This document shows positions 56,852 to 64,000 of a stretch of DNA of 64,000 nucleotides, in pieces. Under the pieces are notes generated by a model. The model was given only the letters and a program-made list of their open reading frames with translations, was not told the origin of the DNA and did not search any database. The stretch covers positions 96,001-160,000 of the forward strand of contig CAWKBC010000030.1 of the NCBI GenBank assembly GCA_963847705.1, given 5' to 3'. This DNA is from an uncultured Pseudomonadota bacterium (GTDB lineage Bacteria; Myxococcota_A; Polyangia; Fen-1088). A program made the position numbers and the translations under genes. How positions within the stretch are numbered: position 1 is the first letter of the stretch; every line of letters begins with the position of its first letter.

Positions 56852-57553
56852 CTACGGATCAGTTCGGCCGGCCGCCTGCTCCGCAGCTCGTCGGAACCGA
56901 CCGTGCGGGTAGAGACGCAGGTACTCGTCAGCCAGCGCGACCGTATTCGGGCTGTGCTGCGCCCGTGCCGCTTCGATGGCGAGAGCCCTTGCCTCTTCGG
57001 ACAGGGCTCCACGCGGATAAAGCCGCAAGTATTCGCGCAAGAGACGGCTTGCCCGCACCGGATCGTGCTCCTGGCGCAATGCCTTGACTGCCTCCATGAG
57101 GGCAGAGGGGTTCTCGCCGCGCGCCGCACGGGAGTGCGACGGCCCGGGCGTGGGCGCCCCGGGCCTCGGGAGCTCCACGACCTGGTCTTCCCCTACCGGG
57201 ACAACCGTCCGGGGAGCGGCGACCGGCGCAGAATGAACACGAACGGGCAGCGGCGGCTTCACCAGCTGGGGGACCGGCGCACGATCGACGGCCGATCTTC
57301 GCCTGATCCAGCTCGCGCCGAGCGTTGCGGCCGCGCTGACCCCCGCGACCAGGAAGAGAACGCCAAAGACGACGGCGGGACGCGCCAGACGGAATCTTCG
57401 CGAGGAGCGCTCTCGGCTGGGGGCCAGGATTGCCTGCAGCGAGCGGTGCTTCTGGCTGTCGGGAAGCGCGGTGGGGACCGCCGCTGAAAGAAGATCGATG
57501 AGACGGCCCTCCGTCTCGTTGGCGGCGGTCTTGGTGCGACTCAACGGTTCCAC
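56852..57553 (-). CDS. Single-pass membrane protein with a C-terminal TPR-like domain; probable anti-sigma factor
   Basis: GTG 57553 overlaps the sigma 3' end; short cytoplasmic N-terminus, TM, Pro linker, YLRLYPRG..EEA..YLRLYPHG. Confidence 0.7.
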   Translation of the reverse strand: MEPLSRTKTAANETEGRLIDLLSAAVPTALPDSQKHRSLQAILAPSRERSSRRFRLARPAVVFGVLFLVAGVSAAATLGASWIRRRSAVDRAPVPQLVKPPLPVRVHSAPVAAPRTVVPVGEDQVVELPRPGAPTPGPSHSRAARGENPSALMEAVKALRQEHDPVRASRLLREYLRLYPRGALSEEARALAIEAARAQHSPNTVALADEYLRLYPHGRFRRAAEQAAGRTDP

Positions 57554-58170
57554 AGCCCTCTCCCCTCGGCCTTGCCGCTCTTCAACGCCTCCATCAGCGT
57601 CTTTCTTCCGCGCTGGATTCGGGCTCTCACATTGTTGATCGAGATTCCTTGAATCTCCGAGATTTCCTCGGCGGTATATCCTTCGATCTCGAAGAGGATG
57701 AAGGTCGAGGCGATCTTGGCGCTCAGCCGCGACAACAGGGCCTCCAGCTGTCGTTGCTTTTCGCGGGTCTCGAGCACCATGAGCTGCGTCGGATTGACGC
57801 TCGCCACGTCGGAGGTGACCTCGACGCTCCTGCGAAAGATGTGTTTGATCCACATCGAGCGCCGGTAGTCCCGAACCTGGTTCGCCGTGATCCGGTAGAG
57901 CCAGGCGATGAGATTGTCGCCATCGAAGTGGGGCAGGCGGCGGTGGACGACGACGAAAACCTCCTGGACGACATCCGCGAGATCGGCGGGAGGCGCGCCA
58001 AGGGCGCGGCCCCAGCGGGCGACGTCGGCGTAACATCCGTCGTAGACGGAAACGAAGTCACGACAGTCGATCTCTACGCCACGCCGAAGCAGGGAGGGTC
58101 GGCGCGCTCCGGGGCCCGCCAGCGGTCCGCTCGGGACGTCTTCTCGAACGTGATCCTGCCTGATGGTCAT
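57541..58170 (-). CDS. ECF sigma-70 factor
   Basis: Region 2: DLADVVQEVFVVVHRRL..AWLYRIT; region 4: FILFEIEGYTAEEISE..NVRARIQRGR. Confidence 0.93.
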   Translation of the reverse strand: MTIRQDHVREDVPSGPLAGPGARRPSLLRRGVEIDCRDFVSVYDGCYADVARWGRALGAPPADLADVVQEVFVVVHRRLPHFDGDNLIAWLYRITANQVRDYRRSMWIKHIFRRSVEVTSDVASVNPTQLMVLETREKQRQLEALLSRLSAKIASTFILFEIEGYTAEEISEIQGISINNVRARIQRGRKTLMEALKSGKAEGRGLWNR

Positions 58171-58307
58171 TCGAGCCTCGAGCTCGGCTGAGCTGTCGCG
58201 AGGTCTCCTCAGTTTACACGAGCGTGTCTGAGGCGTCACCGATCGCCGACCGTCGAAACAGCGAATTCGCCGGCGGATCCGGTCTCACCTCGCGTCAGGC
58301 GAAGAAT

Positions 58308-58334
58308 GTATCAATCGAATGAGCGCGCTCCCTT
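58308..58334 (+). promoter_or_regulatory. ECF-type promoter motif A, antisense-oriented copy
   Basis: GTATCA-atcgaatgagcgcgct-CCCTT pointing into the 3' end of the minus-strand gene at 58363. Confidence 0.65.
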
Positions 58335-58362
58335 TGACCCGCGCGGCGATCGCGTACCACGT

Positions 58363-59151
58363 TTACAACCTGCCGGTCGGACCAACACGTACCAGGCTGA
58401 CAGCCGCGTCGTCGACATAGAGGTCGGATGGTGTGGGTGAAATCCCCTCCGTGGAGCTACAGGGCGACCAGTAGACCGTGCTGCTGAGGCCGAACGGCCT
58501 CTGGATGTCGTAGTTGACCTGCCCATCGAGCCAAAGCGTGAAGCGGCCCGTGTCGTCGCCCACGTTGCGATAGAAGACTTCGATCTGAAACCACTGCGCG
58601 ATGGGAATGGGAAGCGCGGGCTCTGCGGTGGGCGAACGCAGGTAGGGGGCCCGGTGGTCAAAGAGATCGATGATGAGATCCCCGTTGGCAAGACTCCTCA
58701 AGTCAACGTCCATGAGAAATCCGTTGGTGCCCCCGTCCCCCGCGTCCGGGACCTGAAACTCCATGACCCGCCAGTCGACTGTCGTTTGATAGGCTTGGGG
58801 GAGGTAGTACCAGGCGCTGTAGTAGGCCGCCTCGGGAAAGTCGTCCTGACGCCACAGGCGCCCGGTTTCGTACGGAGGCGGAGCACCATTCACCTGCGCC
58901 GCTGGGGCGCCGTTCGTGAGCTTGACGGACTGCGTGCCGCTGTGGGCGAAGTCGGTCGAGATCACGACGGACGTGTCGGGCGCATCCGCGGAGTAGCCAC
59001 CCTTGGAGCCGGCCGTCCATTCCGTGAAGTCGCCGGTCTCGTGCTGCGCGAACCAGAGCAGAGAGCTCCCGACGTTCACGTGGTTCGAGCAGGCCCCTCC
59101 AGTGCCTGCCAGCAATAGCGTCAACGCGAATGCACAACGGGGTCGTGTCAT
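58363..59151 (-). CDS. Lipoprotein with a polysaccharide-lyase-like jelly-roll domain
   Basis: ATG 59151 (ATGA overlap), GGAC lipobox, WFAQHETGDFTEW, YYSAWYYLP, QWFQIEVF..LWLDG, LYVDD. Confidence 0.68.
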   Translation of the reverse strand: MTRPRCAFALTLLLAGTGGACSNHVNVGSSLLWFAQHETGDFTEWTAGSKGGYSADAPDTSVVISTDFAHSGTQSVKLTNGAPAAQVNGAPPPYETGRLWRQDDFPEAAYYSAWYYLPQAYQTTVDWRVMEFQVPDAGDGGTNGFLMDVDLRSLANGDLIIDLFDHRAPYLRSPTAEPALPIPIAQWFQIEVFYRNVGDDTGRFTLWLDGQVNYDIQRPFGLSSTVYWSPCSSTEGISPTPSDLYVDDAAVSLVRVGPTGRL

Positions 59152-60131
59152 GGCGATAGGGAGAGCCCCGCGGTGAGACCGATCCACACGGCCGGCAATT
59201 GACCGATGTCTCCTTCCGGTGTTGCCGTGGCCTCGTACGGTTTGGGGAAGACGAGGGCGTGGAGCCCGACGATTGGTACGAGCCGCGAGGTGGGCGAGCC
59301 GAAGCGAACACCGACGCCGATGCGTCCCCCCAGATTGAGACGGGTGCCAGTCTGAGGGCCGGCGGTGTTCGTCCCAGAGATTCGCACCAGTGCGCCCGCC
59401 AGGCTGAGCTCCCCGAGCAGCGTGAGCCTTCTGCCGGAGTGAACCAGCGCTATCCCGACGTCGAGGGGCACGCGAAGCTCGTCGATCCCGATGCCGGCGA
59501 AGTCGAAGCTCGCCCGTGGTTGCACGCCTAGCCCTGCCATGGCGCTGAGGACCCCCGCGCCCCAATAGGCGCGCACCTCGCCCCCAGGTGCCGTTGCCTC
59601 CGAGTCAGAGCTGCCGGCAGCCGCGTCCAGGAGCGCGGAGAGTGCGATCTGGAACCGCTTTGGCGCCGGCGCCGGCACCGGCGCGAGGGCGACGAGCGAG
59701 ACAGAAGGTGGGGACTCGATCCGGATGGGCGGGGTCGGCGGCAGCTCTGGAGGCGTCGCCAGCAGGGCCTCAGGGGGCAGGAGCGTGACCACGATGAAAA
59801 CGGCGACGAACCGGGCGCGATGATCGCAGACATGACCGAGATCGTGAAACGTCCGCTGTCGCTCTCCGCCCTCGGCGAAGATCCGAACGCGGTAAGTTGA
59901 TCCGAGATCCGATACCTCGATCCTGACGTCGGAGAGGCGCGCCAGATCGCCGGCTGAGACGATCGATCTGACGTCAGTCCAGATCGTGTCGCCGGAAGGG
60001 CAGTCCCCGTTGACGGTGATCGTCGCCGGGGCGCTTTCGGCCGAGACCGGTGGGGTCTGGGCGGAAGCGCGACGCGCGCCGGCGAGCAAGAGTGCGACGC
60101 CGGTGGCCAGAGCGAGCCTGGACGAATTCAT
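59148..60131 (-). CDS. Secreted myxobacterial hypothetical protein; C-terminal part resembles a small OM beta-barrel
   Basis: ATG 60131, signal peptide ending ASA, small two-Cys domain, Pro linker, amphipathic beta-strands. Confidence 0.62.
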   Translation of the reverse strand: MNSSRLALATGVALLLAGARRASAQTPPVSAESAPATITVNGDCPSGDTIWTDVRSIVSAGDLARLSDVRIEVSDLGSTYRVRIFAEGGERQRTFHDLGHVCDHRARFVAVFIVVTLLPPEALLATPPELPPTPPIRIESPPSVSLVALAPVPAPAPKRFQIALSALLDAAAGSSDSEATAPGGEVRAYWGAGVLSAMAGLGVQPRASFDFAGIGIDELRVPLDVGIALVHSGRRLTLLGELSLAGALVRISGTNTAGPQTGTRLNLGGRIGVGVRFGSPTSRLVPIVGLHALVFPKPYEATATPEGDIGQLPAVWIGLTAGLSLSP

Positions 60132-60270
60132 CGCCGAGCCGCGCTCACGACGAGCTTCACCAGACGATTCTACCGTGTCGCTGAGATCGTTGACGAGACC
60201 TACCTGCCCACGGTGGATCGAAGCCGAGTTGCTCACCCCGGTTTTCGACGCTCCTTCGCCGATGATGCGT

Positions 60271-60297
60271 GTATCAACTTCCACACGCGGATCCCTT
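60271..60297 (+). promoter_or_regulatory. ECF-type promoter motif A
   Basis: GTATCA-acttccacacgcggat-CCCTT upstream of the SGNH gene. Confidence 0.75.
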
Positions 60298-60307
60298 GCA
60301 GCCGGAC

Positions 60308-61456
60308 ATGCTTCCCGAGGGTGCCGAGGCCACGCCGCGACCGTCGGAGGCGCTTCGTCAGACGACGGCACTTCGCATTTTGTGGTCGCTCCGCGGTCGG
60401 TTGGCCGCCATCGTCGTGGCCCTGGCCGGGTGCACCGGCACCGGCGGGGCGATGATCCAGATCTCTGGCAGTGGTGGAACGGTCGGACCGGGAGTGGACG
60501 GGTCGTCATTGGCCGGCGGCGCCGGTGGTGCGGGGGGCTCCGGCGAAGCCGGAAGCTTCGGTGGGGCGGCAGGAATGGGAGGAATTGCCGGAACCGGACC
60601 TGCTGGTACGGGTGGCTCTGGTGGGCGCAGCGCCGAAGGTCTCGACGGTGGCGCACGGGGAGGGACTCCCGGCGAAGCCGGAGCCAGCGGTGGTCGTGGC
60701 GCGGCGGGGACCCACGGCGCGGGCGGAATGGGGGGCTCGACTCGACCAGGCGGCGGTGGCTCGACGGGCACAGGCGGGAAGGCGGAGTTCGCTGCCTGTC
60801 CGACCGACGGAGCGGCGTGCGTGATCATGCCTCTCGGCGATTCGATCACCTGGGGGTACGGCTCGACGACCGGCGGAGGGTATCGCGTCGGCGTCTTCAG
60901 CCAGGCACTCATGGCGGGCAAGTCGCTCACCTTCGTCGGCTCTCAGAAGAGCGGGCCCGCTCTCGTGGACGGAAAGCCGTTCCCGCAGGGAAACGAGGGT
61001 CACTCTGGCTATTCGATCGACGACAGCTCGAAGACCAGCGGCATCTCCGGGGCGCTCACCGACGACGCCATCGCCACCTACAGGCCAAACATCATCTTGT
61101 TGATGATCGGCACGAACGACATGCACTATTCGATCGATTTGCCCAACGCGCCTGCCCGGCTCGGAAAGCTGCTCGATGAGATCGCCTCTGACGCGCCCAG
61201 CGCTCTGCTGGTGGTGGCGACGATCATTCCGGCGAACGGCGCCCAGAACACGGCAACGCAGACCTACAACGATGCCATTCCAGGGGTGGTGCAGGCCCGG
61301 GCGGCCGAGGGAAAGCACGTCATCTTGGTCGACATGTACGCCGCCCTGAAGAGCTGGTCGACATCGATTTACAAGGACTCGGAACACCCCAACGATGCCG
61401 GATACACCCTCATGGCCAACGCCTGGTATTCCGCGATCGGGGGGCTGCTCCAGTAG
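60308..61456 (+). CDS. SGNH/GDSL esterase (CE3-like) lipoprotein
   Basis: LAGC, Gly linker, IMPLGDSITWG, NEGHSG, IGTND, DSEHPN; start is ATG 60308 or TTG 60380. Confidence 0.88.
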   Translation: MLPEGAEATPRPSEALRQTTALRILWSLRGRLAAIVVALAGCTGTGGAMIQISGSGGTVGPGVDGSSLAGGAGGAGGSGEAGSFGGAAGMGGIAGTGPAGTGGSGGRSAEGLDGGARGGTPGEAGASGGRGAAGTHGAGGMGGSTRPGGGGSTGTGGKAEFAACPTDGAACVIMPLGDSITWGYGSTTGGGYRVGVFSQALMAGKSLTFVGSQKSGPALVDGKPFPQGNEGHSGYSIDDSSKTSGISGALTDDAIATYRPNIILLMIGTNDMHYSIDLPNAPARLGKLLDEIASDAPSALLVVATIIPANGAQNTATQTYNDAIPGVVQARAAEGKHVILVDMYAALKSWSTSIYKDSEHPNDAGYTLMANAWYSAIGGLLQ

Positions 61457-62073
61457 CCCTCCGACGGGCGCACCCACCGTCCGCGGCTGCTATCGACCGC
61501 GCGCCGATGTATTGGTTTCTGCGCGCCGCTCCCTTTCAACTTCAACGCCGGGTCTCTCCCGACGGAAATCTGGCGGAAGGAGCCCATGAAGCGCCCCATC
61601 TCGGCTTCATGCTCGGCGGCACGAGCGTGACGGCGGCGGCTCCCTGGGCGGCGCTCACCAGCGCCGTCCTCCCGCGCACGAACTTCTTTCATTACACGAC
61701 GGGGGCCACGGTTCACGGGGATCACCCGAAGGCCATGCGTCTTCTGGGACAGACCCACGCAGGCGGCGGCGCGCGGCAGAAGCTCGTCGCGCGTCTCCCA
61801 CAACCACGGGTCGGGGTCCTGTCGGCGCCCCTGCGAGAGATCGTGCGCGAGGATCCGCAGCCGCTCACTCAGCCGGGCGAGCGCGCCCCGCGAGCAGTCG
61901 GCTGTCACGGCATCAACCCCCTGCCGCCCGGCGAACGGCGGGTGCGTGAAGGGCGGCGGGGCGACAGCGCGGTGCGCAAGCGCGGTTGGCGCGGCGACAG
62001 GCGTCGGCGGAGGGGTGCGGCGGCAAGCCGCGGCCACGGCGGCGATCACCAGGGCGACGTGGAGGCGGGACAT
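61369..62073 (-). CDS. Possible lipoprotein, perhaps degenerate
   Basis: Convincing signal MSRLHVALVIAAVAAAC, but the distal half looks non-protein-like and overlaps the SGNH 3' end. Confidence 0.3.
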   Translation of the reverse strand: MSRLHVALVIAAVAAACRRTPPPTPVAAPTALAHRAVAPPPFTHPPFAGRQGVDAVTADCSRGALARLSERLRILAHDLSQGRRQDPDPWLWETRDELLPRAAACVGLSQKTHGLRVIPVNRGPRRVMKEVRAREDGAGERRPGSRRRHARAAEHEAEMGRFMGSFRQISVGRDPALKLKGSGAQKPIHRRAVDSSRGRWVRPSEGYWSSPPIAEYQALAMRVYPASLGCSESL

Positions 62074-62170
62074 CGTCTTCGAAAGGGGGCGGGCGGCGCG
62101 GAGTGATGCGCGTGCCGCTACGTGATCAGGCGCGACGAGAGGCCGGCGCTCAGATCCGGGCTCCGGACGG

Positions 62171-62197
62171 GTATCAATTTTGTGGATCGGTTCCCTT
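62171..62197 (+). promoter_or_regulatory. ECF-type promoter motif A
   Basis: GTATCA-attttgtggatcggtt-CCCTT upstream of GH5. Confidence 0.75.
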
Positions 62198-62248
62198 TAC
62201 CAAGGACACGCACATCCCTTCGGGGAGTCACTTGACCGAAGGAGAACC

Positions 62249-63769
62249 ATGGCGGCGCTGGCAAAGGCGAAGAGTGCTCTTTTAATTGTCGGCGGCGGCG
62301 CCGCGTTGACTTTGGTCCTCCTGACGCCGGGCTGCGGCGGCGCGAACAGCGCCGACGACGGCGGCGGAAGCGGCGGCCCGACTGAGACCGGGGGAATGAC
62401 CGGCGGGACGAACGGCGGCCCCGGGACCGGGGGTACGACCGGCAGTGGGGGCTCCGCCACGGGCACCGGCGGCGTCGGTCCGGGTACAGGCGGGGTTGGT
62501 TCGGGCGGGGTCGGTGCGGGCGGTGGCGGCGCCGGCGCAGGCGGGGCTGGTGCGGGCGGTGGCGGCGCCGGTAGGGGCGCCGGCGGTACGCCTGCGAATA
62601 CAGGCGGCACCGTCGGGACCGGCGGCACGACAGCCACCGGTGGGGCGTCCGGTTCCGGTGGCGCGGCAGGCCACGGTGCGGCCGGAAGCTCGGGAACGGG
62701 TGGCAGCCCCGGGGGGACAACGGGGCAGCTCACGCCGCAACAGGCGGTGAAGCTGATGGCTCCAGGCTGGAGCCTGGGCAACTCCTTCGACGGGAATCCG
62801 ACGGTGACCAGCTGGGGAAACCCCGCGCCCACTCAAACCTTCATCAAGGCCCTCCACGCAGCGGGGTTCAATACCTTGAGGCTGCCCGTCACCTGGACGG
62901 ATCACATCGGCGCCGCCCCAACGTACACCATCGACTCCGCCTGGATGAACCAGGTCGCGCAGACTGTGCAGTGGGCCGTCGACGCCGGCATGTTCGTCTT
63001 CGTCAACACACACCACGAGGCGGATGGGAATGGAGGGTGGATCAGCTTTCCCGCGACGACATCGGCCGCGCAAGGCGTGGCCGCCGAGGTCACCGCGGTC
63101 TGGACGCAGATAGCCACGGCCTTCCAGTCATTCAACAGCCGACTGATGTTCGAGTGCTTCAACGAGCCCAACGAGGCCGGCGGCGGCAACACCCCGCAGG
63201 CGCAAACGGACCTCAACATCTACCTCGAGGCTTGTTTCAAGGCGATCCGCGACACCGGTGGAGCCAACGCGACACGCATCATCATGATCCAGCCGGTCGG
63301 CGCCAGCCCCATCCAGTCGGGCATCCAGTCCATGCAGAAGGTGAGCTTCATCAACGATCCCAACCTCCTCATCTCGCTCCACACCTACTACCCCACGAAC
63401 TTTGGCCTGAGCGAGACGCCCTACGCCTGGGGGAGCAGCGCGGACTACACCAGCATGCAGAATTCCATCGCCCAGCAGATCCGGGTGTGGCTGCCCACCC
63501 AGCCGATCGTCATCGGCGAATGGGGCTCCATGGGTGCTCAGGCGACGGCCAACAGGGCCGCGCATGCGCTGGCCTATTCTCAGGACGTGACGACGGCCGG
63601 GATGGTCCCCGTGTGGTGGGACAACGGAGGCAGCGGCAACGGCTCTTACGGGCTCTTCAACAGGACCACGGGCGCCCAGACCTACCCGACGATCGTTGGC
63701 GGGATCATGACCGGGGTTGCCAACGGTCAAGCGTCGTCCAACAACTGGGCGACGCTGGCCAAGCCATAA
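62249..63769 (+). CDS. GH5 endoglucanase/xyloglucanase-like lipoprotein
   Basis: AAGGAG RBS, TPGC, Gly linker, GWSLGNSFD, LRLPVTW, NTHH, FNEP, IGEWG, WWDNG. Confidence 0.92.
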   Translation: MAALAKAKSALLIVGGGAALTLVLLTPGCGGANSADDGGGSGGPTETGGMTGGTNGGPGTGGTTGSGGSATGTGGVGPGTGGVGSGGVGAGGGGAGAGGAGAGGGGAGRGAGGTPANTGGTVGTGGTTATGGASGSGGAAGHGAAGSSGTGGSPGGTTGQLTPQQAVKLMAPGWSLGNSFDGNPTVTSWGNPAPTQTFIKALHAAGFNTLRLPVTWTDHIGAAPTYTIDSAWMNQVAQTVQWAVDAGMFVFVNTHHEADGNGGWISFPATTSAAQGVAAEVTAVWTQIATAFQSFNSRLMFECFNEPNEAGGGNTPQAQTDLNIYLEACFKAIRDTGGANATRIIMIQPVGASPIQSGIQSMQKVSFINDPNLLISLHTYYPTNFGLSETPYAWGSSADYTSMQNSIAQQIRVWLPTQPIVIGEWGSMGAQATANRAAHALAYSQDVTTAGMVPVWWDNGGSGNGSYGLFNRTTGAQTYPTIVGGIMTGVANGQASSNNWATLAKP

Positions 63770-63838
63770 AGGAGGCGGATCCGAAGGATGGGCGCCGGAC
63801 AGACAAGCCGGCCTCCGCAGTGGGGCGCGAGACTGTGG

Positions 63839-63865
63839 GTATTGGTTTGGGCGGACCATCCCCTT
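63839..63865 (+). promoter_or_regulatory. ECF-type promoter motif A (variant)
   Basis: GTATTG-gtttgggcggaccatc-CCCTT. Confidence 0.55.
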
Positions 63866-63872
63866 TGGAAGG

Positions 63873-64000
63873 GTGGTGGAACGTCTGCGCGAAAAGAAAC
63901 CGATTCCCGGGTCGCTGGAAGCGATCCTGGTCGAAGCGGTCAAGGCCCAGCAGCGAGTCGAGACCTCGCCCGTCAGCCAGCGGCGGGTCTTCGAGCGCGT
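63873..64000 (+). CDS. 5' end of a gene running off the window (anti-sigma-like N-terminus?)
   Basis: Hand translation MVERLREKKPIPGSLEAILVEAVKAQQRVETSPVSQRRVFER; open to the edge and directly after motif A. Confidence 0.45.
   Translation, partial: MVERLREKKPIPGSLEAILVEAVKAQQRVETSPVSQRRVFER

Noticed and set aside
57554-58036. Long N-terminal extensions of the 56852, 58363 and 59148 ORFs given in the track
   Set aside because: They overlap neighbouring genes; coupled starts or signal peptides place the starts at 57553, 59151 and 60131.
61507-62106. Plus-strand 199-aa ORF, and an IS3-like TGAACCG end near 61714 on the minus strand
   Set aside because: No recognisable motifs, no matching second IR and no transposase; cannot be supported.

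Overview
GC-rich window from a myxobacterium, inferred from a MYXO-CTERM tail, Gly-rich lipoprotein linkers, a Cys-rich myxobacterial repeat and a Hanks kinase. It has three parts. (1) About 0.5-38.9 kb is a large Wzx/Wzy-dependent exopolysaccharide locus: rmlBA and rmlDC split by an apparently intact IS in a CTAG site, a priming glycosyl-phosphotransferase, about 12 glycosyltransferases, Wzx, Wzy, three LbH acetyltransferases, an ACP, a fused double alpha/beta-hydrolase and a beta-helix protein. Its export operon is unusual: Ser/Thr kinase, then an FHA-fused co-polymerase with no tyrosine-kinase module, then a short OPX and an outer-membrane beta-barrel candidate. (2) About 39.6-42.7 kb is the end of an integrative element at a tRNA-Phe 3' fragment, with an integrase, IS debris and a convergent toxin/antitoxin-like pair. 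(3) About 43-64 kb is a plant-polysaccharide degradation cluster of Gly-linker-tethered CAZymes (GH16, GH26, two GH29, CE12, GH43, GH53, SGNH, GH5), with an AraC regulator and an ECF sigma / anti-sigma-like / LamG module. Read directly from the DNA, seven copies of a bipartite motif GTATCA-N16-CCCTT (ECF-promoter geometry) and five copies of a second box CTTCGCATTTYGTGG mark this cluster. The two strongest candidate new systems are pThr/FHA-controlled polysaccharide export and this ECF-driven CAZyme regulon. All family assignments come from motif recognition by eye; no database searches were run.
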